DNA from: a virus
Taxonomy: Duplodnaviria > Caudoviricetes
Length of the DNA stretch: 64,000 bases
Virus record (IMG/VR): IMGVR_UViG_2595698868_000001
Span: 215,968 to 279,967 of that record
Direction: 5' to 3' (one strand)
Below, piece by piece: positions 8,864 to 18,906 of the stretch. The notes under the pieces are model-generated. The model was not told the origin of the DNA. It searched no databases and saw only the letters and a list, made by a program, of their open reading frames with translations. The translations under genes were made by a program, and so were the position numbers. How positions within the stretch are numbered: the stretch's first letter is position 1; each line of letters opens with the position of its first letter.

Positions 8864-9445
8864 ATGACCAAAGACCCCTTCCGCGACGCGCAGGGTAACC
8901 GCCAAATCCAGATGAAGGATGGCAAGCCTACCTATCGTGGGTACACGATCGAGCCGAAGAAGGATTTCGGCCAGTACGGCTATCACGTCGGCCCGTTCGT
9001 CTACGATCGGGGCTACGTTGTGACCGATGGCGGAATCACCAACGTCATGCCGGGCGCGACGTGGTTCACGACCCACGACGACGCGATGCGTGCGATCGAC
9101 GATTTGATCGCGAGCAAGGAATTCGTCATGGACGGCGAGCATCCGTTCTGGGCCTACGTGCGGCTGCGCCGCGCCGCCGAAGAGCGCGCCCTGGAACTGG
9201 CTCTGGCGCTGAACGCCCTGGTCGAGACGTCGGAAGCCTCGATCGAGAAGCCGCTGACGACGATGCCGGCGCTGGTCAAAGCGCGGATGTGGGCGCGTAA
9301 GCTGCTCAACGAGATCGATGACAACTGCGATCGCCGCGACACAATCATCGAGACCGACGGCACGCGCCGGCGTGTGGGCGTCAAGAAGGGCGGCCACTTC
9401 AGCCTGCCGATGAAGAAGAAGGAAGAGCCGCAAAAGAGCGCTTGA
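8864..9445 (+). CDS. hypothetical protein
   Basis: AGGAGG RBS downstream of the promoter. Confidence 0.7.
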   Translation: MTKDPFRDAQGNRQIQMKDGKPTYRGYTIEPKKDFGQYGYHVGPFVYDRGYVVTDGGITNVMPGATWFTTHDDAMRAIDDLIASKEFVMDGEHPFWAYVRLRRAAEERALELALALNALVETSEASIEKPLTTMPALVKARMWARKLLNEIDDNCDRRDTIIETDGTRRRVGVKKGGHFSLPMKKKEEPQKSA

Positions 9446-9498
9446 CCGCGCAGTTTAGTTTCTTTACAAGCCTCCATGACGATCAACGCCATGGAGGC
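9442..9498 (+). promoter_or_regulatory. class A promoter plus anti-SD hairpin
   Basis: ttgacc..gtttctttacaa gcctccatg-acgatcaacgc-catggaggc. Confidence 0.8.
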
Positions 9499-9504
9499 TT
9501 TCTC

Positions 9505-9885
9505 ATGACCAGCACCTTCCGCCAGGAATTCGAGGCCCGCTACGCCGACAAGGCTGCCGCCGCCCGTAAGAAGGCCAAACCGCATGCCCGCAAGGCTGGT
9601 GACGAACTGCTGAAGCTGGGCGCTCCGGTCTACTTCCACCTCGCCGGCGAACACGGCACCCACTTCATCATCGGCGCCGAACTGCGCGACAACGACGACA
9701 GCCTCTTCTGCGACTACTACCAGGAAGATGTGCGCGAGCGCTGGGATCGCGAGGACGTGCCGGTCGCCGAGCGTAAGATTCTTAACGCCCAGGGCATCAA
9801 GACCGAGGTCCATGATGTCCTGAAGAAGCACGGCCTCTACGCCGAGTGGATCAACCCCGGTCAGGTCGGCGTCTACGATGCGTAA
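9505..9885 (+). CDS. hypothetical protein
   Basis: GGAGG RBS; ATG at 9505. Confidence 0.7.
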   Translation: MTSTFRQEFEARYADKAAAARKKAKPHARKAGDELLKLGAPVYFHLAGEHGTHFIIGAELRDNDDSLFCDYYQEDVRERWDREDVPVAERKILNAQGIKTEVHDVLKKHGLYAEWINPGQVGVYDA

Positions 9886-10138
9886 GCTGATCTCGAAGTT
9901 CTCCGACGCCTACAATGCCTATCGTGACGCGCGCACGCCGCGCTACGTCGGGCATGTCAGGTTGCCGTACACGGCCTACAATCCTTTCATCGGGCTCTAT
10001 CAGGGCGGCGAAGACTTCATCCACTTCTACCGCACGCCCAAGGGCAAGCGGTCGGTGAAGGTCACGGATCGTCGCCTGATGCAGCGTCCCCTGGTTCAAG
10101 CCTATCTTCGAAACGGCACCCTGCCGCTCGCCGCGTGA
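9878..10138 (+). CDS. hypothetical protein
   Basis: Coupled ORF. Confidence 0.55.
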   Translation: MRKLISKFSDAYNAYRDARTPRYVGHVRLPYTAYNPFIGLYQGGEDFIHFYRTPKGKRSVKVTDRRLMQRPLVQAYLRNGTLPLAA

Positions 10139-10533
10139 CTGAGCCCTACTTCACTTCTGATCCAGAGGCCCTGGCCGCGCGAGCGGTCAGGTTCCCTCTG
10201 CGCGGGCCGATCTCAATCTATGACGCCTGGGACGGCGTCGCACTGATCGACTTCGCCTATCGAATGCGGCTGCCGCTGGGCAAGCTACGCGAACGACGCT
10301 GCCAGCAAGCCGTCGATGTCATTAAGGACCACGACAGCCCCGCCGCCTTCCGCCTGATGGCCGTATCGCGCTTGGCGCAATATCAGGTGATGATGGTGCG
10401 CTTCTATCTCGGCCCAGAAACAATCCTCCCCACGGACGAGGAAATCATCCGTGCATGCGAGATGCTCGATCGCGCCTACAAGAAGCGTCGCGCAGAACAA
10501 CGTCGGCGCAAGAAGTTGCTTGACGCTGTCTAG
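10135..10533 (+). CDS. hypothetical protein
   Basis: Coupled ORF. Confidence 0.55.
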   Translation: MTEPYFTSDPEALAARAVRFPLRGPISIYDAWDGVALIDFAYRMRLPLGKLRERRCQQAVDVIKDHDSPAAFRLMAVSRLAQYQVMMVRFYLGPETILPTDEEIIRACEMLDRAYKKRRAEQRRRKKLLDAV

Positions 10534-10571
10534 TTGTTTCTTTACAAGCCTCCTCGACGAAACGAGGAGGC
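10520..10571 (+). promoter_or_regulatory. class A promoter plus anti-SD hairpin
   Basis: ttgacg..gtttctttacaa gcctcctcg-acgaaa-cgaggaggc. Confidence 0.8.
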
Positions 10572-10575
10572 ACCC

Positions 10576-11094
10576 ATGAGCGACCACTGGCCCGAGACCC
10601 GCGACGAACTGATCGAGCGCTTCTGCGCGCCGGATCATAACGGCCGGATCGCGATCGAGGACCGCGAACTGTTCACGCGGTTCGTCGACAAGGCGCTCTC
10701 CATGCCTGACCAGCGCTACACCTATGCCTTCTCGGACGACCCGTCCAAGCAGCCGCCGGTCACGCCGTCGGCGCTCTGCAACGCCATATACGATGGCGGC
10801 TACTTCCTGAACGACAGCACCGGCTGGATCGATCGTGACGGCAAGTTCTACGGATGCGCTTATGCCCGTCATGAGCGTCTGCTGGAATGGATGGACATGA
10901 ACTCGATCGAGCAAGAGCAAGAAGGCTGGATCAAGCTGTCCCGCTACACCGCACACGCCACGTTTGCGCCCAATGACGCGCAGTGCGCCACCCTCATGCG
11001 GATCAACGATGAGGTGCAGGAAAAGCACGCATTTTCGTTGAACTTCGCGCACCTGCACAATCTTCCCCAACTGCCGCGCAAGCGTCGCGCCTAA
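10576..11094 (+). CDS. hypothetical protein
   Basis: GAGGAGG RBS; ATG at 10576. Confidence 0.7.
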   Translation: MSDHWPETRDELIERFCAPDHNGRIAIEDRELFTRFVDKALSMPDQRYTYAFSDDPSKQPPVTPSALCNAIYDGGYFLNDSTGWIDRDGKFYGCAYARHERLLEWMDMNSIEQEQEGWIKLSRYTAHATFAPNDAQCATLMRINDEVQEKHAFSLNFAHLHNLPQLPRKRRA

Positions 11095-11103
11095 GGACCC
11101 TCC

Positions 11104-11958
11104 ATGACCAAGCCAATCTGGATTCTGGAAACCAACGTCTTCGCCGAAGTGTGCTTCGATGCGATGGTCGCACACCTGATCGCGTCCGGCATCGAACATC
11201 ACCTCGTACGCGTCCTGCCGATGACCAGCGATGGTGGTCGCAAGGCGCCGGAGATCGAGGGCAAAACCCCGGTTTTGCCGGCCGGCGTACCGGTCGTGGT
11301 CTATGGGTCGGTCGGTGTCCAGGCCTTAGCGCGCCAGCATGGTTGGACTCCGGGCGTATGGACGGACCACGAGAACTTCAACTATGAAACCTTCCGCGAC
11401 AAGCTGGGCGACCTGCTTCTGAACGACGACATGGAGCGCATGCCGCTCAGTGCCGCCGGCGCCTACTTCGCCGCGCTCACTCCCGGCGAAAAGCGGTTCA
11501 TTAAGCCGAACCTCGATACCAAGGAGTTCGCTGGTCAGGTCATCACCGCTGACGACTTCGACGTCTGGCTCGCCGGAATGATCGACACGGGGTATCTGAC
11601 CAAGGACAGCGACTTCGATGTGGTGATCGCCGCGCCGAAAGACCTGGGCGTCGAATGGCGCGCGGTGGTCGTGGATGGCAAGGTCTCGTCCTGCTGTATC
11701 TATCGGCAGTGGCAGCGCGTGATGCCTGAACTGCACATCCTGCCCGAGGTCGAAGACCTGATCCTCAAGGCGCACGCCAAGTTCGCGCCCGGCGACGTCT
11801 ATGTCATCGACGTCGCGCAGCAATACCAAATGATCAACGGCGAGCGCGACTACGTGTTCAAGATCATCGAGTACAACACGTTCAACTCGGCCGGGCTGTA
11901 TGCCTGCGACGTGGTCAAGATCATCGACGACATCAACGCCTTTCTGGAAAGGAGCTAA
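11104..11958 (+). CDS. ATP-grasp domain protein (DUF4343/R2K-like)
   Basis: FIKP..DTKEFAG, EWRAVVVDG, YVIDV, IIEYNTFNSAGLY. Confidence 0.75.
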   Translation: MTKPIWILETNVFAEVCFDAMVAHLIASGIEHHLVRVLPMTSDGGRKAPEIEGKTPVLPAGVPVVVYGSVGVQALARQHGWTPGVWTDHENFNYETFRDKLGDLLLNDDMERMPLSAAGAYFAALTPGEKRFIKPNLDTKEFAGQVITADDFDVWLAGMIDTGYLTKDSDFDVVIAAPKDLGVEWRAVVVDGKVSSCCIYRQWQRVMPELHILPEVEDLILKAHAKFAPGDVYVIDVAQQYQMINGERDYVFKIIEYNTFNSAGLYACDVVKIIDDINAFLERS

Positions 11959-11959
11959 T

Positions 11960-12184
11960 ATGCCGTTCAAGCGTGCTTCCGAACTGAAGATCGTGGAGAT
12001 CACCCCGCAAGGCGCTGAACTGCGCTACGAGGCGATCGCCCAGGCCGCTGGTCACTTCAACATCATCGCCTGGGGGCAAAACAGCGCCGGCGAGCCCACT
12101 CAACAGGAGCACGCCCGCTGCGGGTCCCGCGAGAAGGCCGTGTCGGAGATGGACGACCTGTTTCGCACGCTGGAGCGTGCCTGA
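11960..12184 (+). CDS. hypothetical protein
   Basis: AAGGAG RBS. Confidence 0.55.
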   Translation: MPFKRASELKIVEITPQGAELRYEAIAQAAGHFNIIAWGQNSAGEPTQQEHARCGSREKAVSEMDDLFRTLERA

Positions 12185-12450
12185 TGCGCGACCTGACCGT
12201 TTACGAATTTCACATCTACGGCGTCGACGAAAACGGCGTGGTCACGGATGACGCCCAGATCGAGCGCATCCCGTGCTTCGACGAGAAGTCGGCGAAAAGC
12301 GCTGCCCGCCAGTTCGCCGCCCGCGACGGCATCGGTCCGGTCGATCTGGCGCGGGCGGGTCCCTCGCCCTGGGCCGATCGCTACGTCGGTACGGCTACGC
12401 GGAAGTGGCCTGAATCCAAGTACCGGGCGACGCAGTTCGAGGTGCTGTAA
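12184..12450 (+). CDS. hypothetical protein
   Basis: Coupled ORF. Confidence 0.6.
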   Translation: MRDLTVYEFHIYGVDENGVVTDDAQIERIPCFDEKSAKSAARQFAARDGIGPVDLARAGPSPWADRYVGTATRKWPESKYRATQFEVL

Positions 12451-12458
12451 AAAGGCGC

Positions 12459-12527
12459 TTGACGCGTCTGAAGTGTTTCTTTACAAACCTCCTCGACGAA
12501 CACGAATTGCACCGCAATTTGAGGAGG
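12459..12527 (+). promoter_or_regulatory. class A promoter plus anti-SD hairpin
   Basis: ttgacg..gtttctttacaaa cctcctcg...tgaggagg. Confidence 0.75.
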
Positions 12528-12532
12528 CCTGA

Positions 12533-13012
12533 ATGACCGAAGCCGCTACCGCCCGGAAAGAGTTCTACACCGCTGAGGAGATGGACCGCGTCTGCGAAGC
12601 GATGTGGCGTGTACGCGATCTGGAAGTCCAGCGCGTGCGTGAAGAAGAGCAGGCGCGCGCCAAGCGAATCCTGGAGGCTGCGCTGGACGACCAGCGTCGC
12701 CAGCTTTTCGCCGGCGCCGAGGCCAACTACGGGGCGGGCCGCTTCGAACTGACGCGGTTGAAAGCCGACGAATACCGCGACACCAGCGCGGTCCTGGCCG
12801 AAGTCCGGACCCGGCTGTTCGCGGCCCGCATCCGATACGACGATTCCGATGGTGTCTACGTGGTCACCGTCCTGATCAGCCGCCAGAGCTACTGGCCGAC
12901 GCGCAAGCTGGAAAAGGAGTTCACCTCGTCGAGCGAGGCCTGGAACTTCTACAAGCGCGCCATCGACAAGTTCTACGACCAGGAGAACTTCTCCTGTCAG
13001 GTCGACTACTAA
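12533..13012 (+). CDS. hypothetical protein
   Basis: GAGGAGG RBS. Confidence 0.7.
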   Translation: MTEAATARKEFYTAEEMDRVCEAMWRVRDLEVQRVREEEQARAKRILEAALDDQRRQLFAGAEANYGAGRFELTRLKADEYRDTSAVLAEVRTRLFAARIRYDDSDGVYVVTVLISRQSYWPTRKLEKEFTSSSEAWNFYKRAIDKFYDQENFSCQVDY

Positions 13013-13044
13013 GCCCTTCCATTTCAGCAAAGGAGTCACATCCC

Positions 13045-13464
13045 ATGCCCTGCAACTCCGAATACATGAATCCGAACGCGCGCGAGATCGAGTCGAAGAA
13101 GGTCGCCGGCCTGATCGTCTACGCCAATCTGAAGCTGGGCGAGACGCCGGACCCCGAAGTCGTGGCGATCTCCCAGACCTACTACGGCGCGCCCCAGCAA
13201 TGCGACTACCTGACGTCGATCCTCTGCTCCATCTGCCGCAAGATGATGGACGGCGAGCGCGAGCGCGTCATCTACGACGCCCACGACCCGAAGGCTCGTG
13301 AACTGGCCGACTGGTGGGAACGTCACCAAGCCCACGACAAGGCGCGCGAAGAGCAGGAAGCCCACTCCGCCCAGGTCAAGGCCATGGCCGATGCGGTCGG
13401 CGGCGTCCTGTCGGACGACCAAAAGGCGCTGCTGCGCGAAGCCGTCAAGACCGGCGCGCTCTGA
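13045..13464 (+). CDS. hypothetical protein
   Basis: AAGGAG RBS. Confidence 0.7.
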   Translation: MPCNSEYMNPNAREIESKKVAGLIVYANLKLGETPDPEVVAISQTYYGAPQQCDYLTSILCSICRKMMDGERERVIYDAHDPKARELADWWERHQAHDKAREEQEAHSAQVKAMADAVGGVLSDDQKALLREAVKTGAL

Positions 13465-13970
13465 TGACCGTCTACGCAATCGGCATCGTCTCGACTGACG
13501 CCGGCCTCGCCCTGGAGGCGGCCTTCGAAGCCAAGGCCTTCTTCTACAACATCCGCGAAGCCGAAAACGAGCGGCGCCGGCGCACGAAGGCTTCGGACGT
13601 CCGCTACCGCACCTTCGAGATGGTCTCGCTGAACCGTGTCGTCGTTCTCGACAACATCGCGATCGAGCGCACACCCAGCGTCGGTAGCATCCCGGTCAAT
13701 CCGCACGGCACGGATCGTCTCTATACGGTCGGCTTCTCCGGTTCCGTCATAATCGACGGCGGCTGGCGGAATATGCTGATCGGTCAGGAACAGCACCACA
13801 CCGTGCTGGACGCCGAGGAAGCTCGCGAGCGCATCCAGGCTGAGTACAGCTACGATGATGGTATTACGACTATTATCGTCGAGCAGGTCATCGCGGCCGA
13901 GATCATCGTCGAAGACGAACGTGTCATCCGCGTCCCGAATGCGATGCACCTCCTGCCGGCGGCGGCCTAA
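13464..13970 (+). CDS. hypothetical protein
   Basis: TGATG coupling. Confidence 0.65.
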   Translation: MTVYAIGIVSTDAGLALEAAFEAKAFFYNIREAENERRRRTKASDVRYRTFEMVSLNRVVVLDNIAIERTPSVGSIPVNPHGTDRLYTVGFSGSVIIDGGWRNMLIGQEQHHTVLDAEEARERIQAEYSYDDGITTIIVEQVIAAEIIVEDERVIRVPNAMHLLPAAA

Positions 13971-14552
13971 ATGGCGACCTACGAGGCCCACAAACCCCGG
14001 CTGGTCGACGTTCCCGAGGGCGTCAGCGGTAACTGGCGCGTCGAGAAGTTCTTCGCCAAACGCTCGGCGTCGTCGATCATGGACGAACTGCGTGGACGCG
14101 GCCTGCCAGAGGGCGAGTACACGCGACTCGCGAACGACACCGAAGACTGCTTCATGAGCGACACGCCGGCCGAGTACCGTGACGCTATGTGGTTCATCGG
14201 TGCGGCCAAGGGTGACATCTTGATCTCGGGGCTGGGCCTCGGCATGGTCGTGAAGGCCCTGCTGAAGAAGCCCGAGATTACGAGCATCACCGTCCTGGAA
14301 CTCTCCGAGGACGTGATCAAGCTGGTGGCTCCTTCCTATCCCGATCCGCGCGTCCGCATCATCCATGCGGACTGTCGGACCTGGAAGGCTGATCGCAAGT
14401 TCGACTATGCGTGGCACGACATCTGGGCCGAAGTCTCGCTGGACGATCTGCCGGAGATGCAACTGCTGCGCCGGCGCTACGCCAAGGCCATGAAGGCGTC
14501 CCAGCGTCAGCATGTCTGGGGTGAAGACCTGATCAAAAGGAGCCGCTGGTGA
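13971..14552 (+). CDS. class I SAM-dependent methyltransferase (spermidine-synthase-like fold)
   Basis: ILISGLGLGM motif I, VLELSEDVI, IIHAD, FDYAWHDIW. Confidence 0.75.
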   Translation: MATYEAHKPRLVDVPEGVSGNWRVEKFFAKRSASSIMDELRGRGLPEGEYTRLANDTEDCFMSDTPAEYRDAMWFIGAAKGDILISGLGLGMVVKALLKKPEITSITVLELSEDVIKLVAPSYPDPRVRIIHADCRTWKADRKFDYAWHDIWAEVSLDDLPEMQLLRRRYAKAMKASQRQHVWGEDLIKRSRW

Positions 14553-14727
14553 GTGACCATGTTGAAGACATCCTCACCAGCATGCGCCGAGAGCGCGTAG
14601 AATGGGAGGCCCGTACAATCGAACGTCATCGCCTACAAGACCAATGTGAGGACGCGATTGTCTTCGACTTAATCGGTGCGGCGTTGGCGCTCACAATCCT
14701 CGGTTCCGTCCTGGCGGCGCTCTGCCT

Positions 14728-15324
14728 ATGAACCGCGACGCGATCGAATGGATGCAGACGGCGCCCGCCGATTTGCTCGAACTGGAGCCGCGCGACTGGA
14801 TGCAGACGCAGATGCGGCAGCATAGGAATCAGGTTCAGTTCTGGCGCGACGACCTAAATCGCACGGACCCCTCGGTCATTCGAGCGGATGGCCGCGCGTG
14901 GGCTGGCGATGTGGATGTCGGTTCGGGTTGGCTGCGGATCAGCATCATCACGGCCAACGGCGAGATCGCCTATCACCGTGATCCTGGGTTCGAGAAATAC
15001 GGCTACCTGCTGATCCTGCGTCCCGCTGGCTACAGCGTCACCGGCCTCTACAACTGGAGAGGTGAAGAGGTTCAACAGCGCGGTATGATGTTGTGCCTCC
15101 ATCAGGCGCGGCGGCTCCATGCTCTCGTGCGGCGCGGTACATCGAAAAGTCACGGCGTGCGTCTGAAGGATACATACGGCCTGCATACGTCAACGCCCGG
15201 CCGGGTGTGGATGGCGATCGGGTTCAATTCGGAGAAACTGCTGACGCTGGAAGAGGCATCGGAAGTTTTCCGAACCGATCTCGGAAAACGCCCTGTCAAC
15301 GCCGCGAGGCGCTTGACAGCCTGA
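14728..15324 (+). CDS. possible 2OG-Fe(II)/cupin-fold protein
   Basis: IAYHRDPG...RRLHAL shows HxD..H spacing. Confidence 0.45.
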   Translation: MNRDAIEWMQTAPADLLELEPRDWMQTQMRQHRNQVQFWRDDLNRTDPSVIRADGRAWAGDVDVGSGWLRISIITANGEIAYHRDPGFEKYGYLLILRPAGYSVTGLYNWRGEEVQQRGMMLCLHQARRLHALVRRGTSKSHGVRLKDTYGLHTSTPGRVWMAIGFNSEKLLTLEEASEVFRTDLGKRPVNAARRLTA

Positions 15325-15342
15325 GTAGTTTCTTTACAAGAA
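15313..15342 (+). promoter_or_regulatory. class A promoter with the full palindrome TTCTT-TAC-AAGAA
   Basis: ttgaca..gtttctttacaagaa. Confidence 0.75.
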
Positions 15343-15377
15343 CCACAACGTTATTCCTCCAACCCAAAGGAGCCCTC

Positions 15378-15680
15378 ATGTCCCAACTCGACGATAACAT
15401 CGCCGCTCTTCCCGAACTGGCCTACGCGGTCATGCCGTCCTCGGGCGACACCGTCATCATCAAGCGTGGCGAGATGGGCTATCATGATCCGGGCTACGGT
15501 CCGCAAGGCGAAGCTGTCGTCAAGAACCTGAACGACCGCATGGGCGTGACGCCGGCGCAGGCCGCCGCGATGTTCAACGGCTCGCTGTTCGGCTGGCATA
15601 CGCCGGCCGCCAATCCCGATGCCTACGACGACAGCGGTCAGTTCAAGGTGTCGCTGAAGACGGCGCGGAAGAAGAGCTAA
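15378..15680 (+). CDS. hypothetical protein
   Basis: AAGGAG RBS; AMFNGSLFGWHTPAANP. Confidence 0.7.
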   Translation: MSQLDDNIAALPELAYAVMPSSGDTVIIKRGEMGYHDPGYGPQGEAVVKNLNDRMGVTPAQAAAMFNGSLFGWHTPAANPDAYDDSGQFKVSLKTARKKS

Positions 15681-15683
15681 ACC

Positions 15684-16307
15684 ATGGGCACCATCCGTCA
15701 TCACGCCATCGTCGTCACCAGCCGTGACCGCGATCACCTGAAAGAGGCTCACGCCAAGGCGGTCGAAATCTTCGGCGACGCGCAAGCCAACGTCATCACC
15801 GGCGAGAACCTCGCTCCCGTGAGCGAGATCACCGTCGATTCCCAAGGCTACGCTTCGTTCATGATCGCTCCCGACGGCTCCAAGGAGTTCTGGGACCACA
15901 GCGATCTCGCCGACAAGGGCCGTGAAGCCTTCGTCGTGTACCTGAACGGCGAACGTCATGCCGACCCGTCGATGTCCTCGACCCTGTCCTGGGCAGAAGC
16001 CCAATTCGGCGGCCCGAACGATGACGACATGCTGCTGTCCTCGGTCGGGGCCGATGCCAAGAAGCTGTACGCAGCCGTGGCGCGCATCGCCCATGAAGGT
16101 CATGCTCGACCCGAGTACCCCAGCTATGCGCACGTCGGCTTCGACGTCCTGACCTCGCTGGAAACCATCGGCATGGTCTTCGTGGACTCGCGCGGCAACT
16201 ATCTGCTGACGGAGACCGGCTTCGAGTCCGCCGGCTACGTGGCGCGCGATCATCCCTTCATCGTGAAGGCGGTCACCCACAACTCGGTGATGGCGACCGT
16301 CGGATGA
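15684..16307 (+). CDS. hypothetical protein with a C-terminal winged-helix-like segment
   Basis: APDGSKEFW; LETIGMV...YLLTETG. Confidence 0.65.
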   Translation: MGTIRHHAIVVTSRDRDHLKEAHAKAVEIFGDAQANVITGENLAPVSEITVDSQGYASFMIAPDGSKEFWDHSDLADKGREAFVVYLNGERHADPSMSSTLSWAEAQFGGPNDDDMLLSSVGADAKKLYAAVARIAHEGHARPEYPSYAHVGFDVLTSLETIGMVFVDSRGNYLLTETGFESAGYVARDHPFIVKAVTHNSVMATVG

Positions 16308-16579
16308 TCCAGCCCGAACCCACCGTCGAAGAACTGCTGGCCGAGATCAAGCGCATCCTGGAGGCGCCGGACGACATCGATCCGGCGGTCCTGATGTCGC
16401 CCAAGATGTCGTCGATCGCCGGCGTCGCGGACGTCGAGTTCGATGAACGCTGGGCACGTGAGGTCGCCGATCTCGAACGTGTCGCTACGCGCATCGTGCC
16501 GGCGCCGGCCGATCACACCGCCGTCGAGGCCCGCATCGACAACGTCATCTACGTCCGCTTCGGCGGTAGCCCGTACTAG
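16304..16579 (+). CDS. hypothetical protein
   Basis: ATGA coupling. Confidence 0.55.
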   Translation: MIQPEPTVEELLAEIKRILEAPDDIDPAVLMSPKMSSIAGVADVEFDERWAREVADLERVATRIVPAPADHTAVEARIDNVIYVRFGGSPY

Positions 16580-16587
16580 GAGGACCG

Positions 16588-17088
16588 ATGGTCAGTTCCA
16601 GCCTGATGTGCCCCAGCCGCAGCAACCCGTTCGACGGCGATGACGGCGTGACGAAGCTTCAGGATGATGTCCTGGGCCTGCTGGAAGACGCAGGACTGCC
16701 GACGGACATCAACGATCAGATCATGCTGCTCGTCCAAACGGGCGAGGGCATCCTGGCTGGTGAGCGCAAGTCGGCGGAGCCGCGTGCCCTGGAAGAGGCC
16801 CGCGACGCCGTCCAGTTCTACGACCGCGTCCAGCGCGCGTCGGCGGATGAGAAAATTGCGGTTGGACACGACCATTGGGACCGCCTGATCAAGGCGATCC
16901 GAGGCGTCGTGAGCCTGCTGCCGGGCGAGCGTTTCATCGATCCCGTCTCCGGCGCGATTCCCGAGGGCGTCTACTGGTTCGCCGAGCACCAGAACTTCTA
17001 CGACGCGAATACCCGCGTCGGGATGGGTGACACCTTTTATCGGAACTGGCGCGGGCGTTATCACGAATTCCCGACGGAGCCGGGCTGA
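16588..17088 (+). CDS. hypothetical protein
   Basis: AGGAGG RBS. Confidence 0.7.
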   Translation: MVSSSLMCPSRSNPFDGDDGVTKLQDDVLGLLEDAGLPTDINDQIMLLVQTGEGILAGERKSAEPRALEEARDAVQFYDRVQRASADEKIAVGHDHWDRLIKAIRGVVSLLPGERFIDPVSGAIPEGVYWFAEHQNFYDANTRVGMGDTFYRNWRGRYHEFPTEPG

Positions 17089-17089
17089 C

Positions 17090-17320
17090 ATGCTGGATAT
17101 CTGGGTCTATGGCATGATCGCACTAACGGTGTTCAACATCGGCTGTGCGTTCTCCCAGGGCTGGTGGTCGCCCAACAACTCCAAATTGGTGCTGCTCACT
17201 CTCGTGTGGCCGGCATGCTGCGTGGGACTAATCGTGCTCCTGTTCATCATGACAACCTTCACGGTGATGCCGGCATCGCTCAAGGCAGCGATCGAAAAAT
17301 ATCCGCTTGACCTCGGTTGA
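17090..17320 (+). CDS. small two-TM membrane protein
   Basis: Two hydrophobic segments. Confidence 0.55.
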   Translation: MLDIWVYGMIALTVFNIGCAFSQGWWSPNNSKLVLLTLVWPACCVGLIVLLFIMTTFTVMPASLKAAIEKYPLDLG

Positions 17321-17364
17321 GTGTTTCTTTACAAGCCTCCATGACGATCACAGCCATGGAGGCT
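17307..17364 (+). promoter_or_regulatory. class A promoter plus anti-SD hairpin
   Basis: ttgacc..gtttctttaca agcctccatg-acgatcacagc-catggaggct. Confidence 0.8.
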
Positions 17365-17367
17365 CCT

Positions 17368-17796
17368 TTGCACGACCTGACCAAGATCACCTTCGTCGAC
17401 AAGCGCAATGAGGCGCTCGCGAAGGCCCTGCTGGGTGTCGTGACCGACGCCGAAGAGACCCTGGCGAAGTTCCAGGAAAGGTTCGCGGAGAACCCCTACT
17501 ACGCCTTCGATTGGGCGGACAACGCCGTCCGGGCCGCTGCCTACAAGAAGGTCGCCCTGCACTACCTGGACGGCCTCCTGGGTAATCAGGAAGGCCAGGA
17601 CCCCAAGGACTCGGACTACTGCGTTGAGTTCATCAAGGAAAGCCTGCTGCGCGAGACCCTGCGCATGGCCGCCAATCCGCGCATCTCGACGTCGACCTGC
17701 GGCAACTATCTCCAGCAGATGGAACTGTCGGCCTACGCCGAACTCCGCGACCGCCTGGGCAAGGAGTTCTGGGCCTTCAAGGGGAGCTTCTCCTGA
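17368..17796 (+). CDS. hypothetical protein (probable TTG start)
   Basis: GGAGG RBS before TTG at 17368. Confidence 0.6.
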   Translation: MHDLTKITFVDKRNEALAKALLGVVTDAEETLAKFQERFAENPYYAFDWADNAVRAAAYKKVALHYLDGLLGNQEGQDPKDSDYCVEFIKESLLRETLRMAANPRISTSTCGNYLQQMELSAYAELRDRLGKEFWAFKGSFS

Positions 17797-18044
17797 TGCG
17801 CGGCGTCGACGTCAACGAAAGCTATCAGACCGAGCAGCGCTCGTTCGATGGCCAACTCGCCGGCAGCAAGTACGGTGCCTCGGGCGGGCCGGACCTGACC
17901 CGTGAGCAATGGCGCGCCATGCAGCGCGCCGAACGTCAGCGGTTCACCGGCAAGGTCATGATGATCTTCCTGGGCCTGTTCCTGTTGACGTGGGTGATCG
18001 CCGATCTGACCCACTTCAACGCCAACCTGAACCTGCCATTCTGA
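17796..18044 (+). CDS. small membrane protein
   Basis: C-terminal TM segment. Confidence 0.55.
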   Translation: MRGVDVNESYQTEQRSFDGQLAGSKYGASGGPDLTREQWRAMQRAERQRFTGKVMMIFLGLFLLTWVIADLTHFNANLNLPF

Positions 18045-18418
18045 TGGACAAGGCGCAGCGCATCCGTCTGGCGATCGACACGGCGCGACCGGCGTGGATC
18101 GAGAAGACCGTCAGCGGCGATCACTACATCGTCGTCACCAAGGGCACGCTGTTCCCGCTCACGAAGTCGGTGTTGCAGCGCTGGTACAAGACGCGGGCCG
18201 GAGCCGTCAATCTGGCCCGGCGCGAAGGGCTCACGATCCTGGAAGGCGAGTGTCCGTTCGATCCGCCGACCGATGAGCAGGTCAAGGCCTATCACGCCCG
18301 CGATCGCGAAAAGCGTAACGCGGCCGAGCAGGTCATGCAGGAACTCGACGTCCCGTTCACCGAGGCGTGGCGCGCACTAACCAACCTGGAGGCCAAGGGC
18401 CTCATCCGCTTCGGATAG
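18044..18418 (+). CDS. hypothetical protein with a C-terminal HTH-like segment
   Basis: Coupled ORF; LTNLEAKGLI. Confidence 0.6.
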   Translation: MDKAQRIRLAIDTARPAWIEKTVSGDHYIVVTKGTLFPLTKSVLQRWYKTRAGAVNLARREGLTILEGECPFDPPTDEQVKAYHARDREKRNAAEQVMQELDVPFTEAWRALTNLEAKGLIRFG

Positions 18419-18421
18419 CCG

Positions 18422-18450
18422 TTGACACGTTGGGCGTATTTCTTTACATG
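18422..18450 (+). promoter_or_regulatory. class A promoter
   Basis: ttgaca N17 tacatg, then gacgatca. Confidence 0.7.
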
Positions 18451-18480
18451 CGTTTCTGACGATCAATGAGGAGGTAGGTC

Positions 18481-18906
18481 ATGAAGTTTCCGAAAGGCAT
18501 TACGCGTTGCGCCGCCCCAAAGCGTTCCAATCACGCCGGCCGAGTCTGGGACTTGGCTGACCTGACCCTGCCGAACGGTGCCATCGCCTTGGCCCACTAC
18601 GACATGTCGTATGGACAGAACTTCTATTTCGAGATCGATGGCGTCTGGCGTAAAGGATCGATCGATCTGTTCGGCCAAGATAGCGGCCGACACATCAAGT
18701 TCGACCTGCGGGACGCAGCCGCTCTCGACGCTGTTGAGAAGCTGACGGTTGCCTACGAAGAAGCTCTGTGCAACGGCGACGAAGGCGAAATCGAGCGGCT
18801 TTGCTACGAGGTCGAGGAAGCCGCGACGAAAGCAGGCTACAACAATCATCGCCGGCTGGCCGCCCTGCACACCTGGGCCGAAGGTTTCGCACTGAAGGGA
18901 GCCTAG
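18481..18906 (+). CDS. hypothetical protein
   Basis: GAGGAGG RBS. Confidence 0.7.
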   Translation: MKFPKGITRCAAPKRSNHAGRVWDLADLTLPNGAIALAHYDMSYGQNFYFEIDGVWRKGSIDLFGQDSGRHIKFDLRDAAALDAVEKLTVAYEEALCNGDEGEIERLCYEVEEAATKAGYNNHRRLAALHTWAEGFALKGA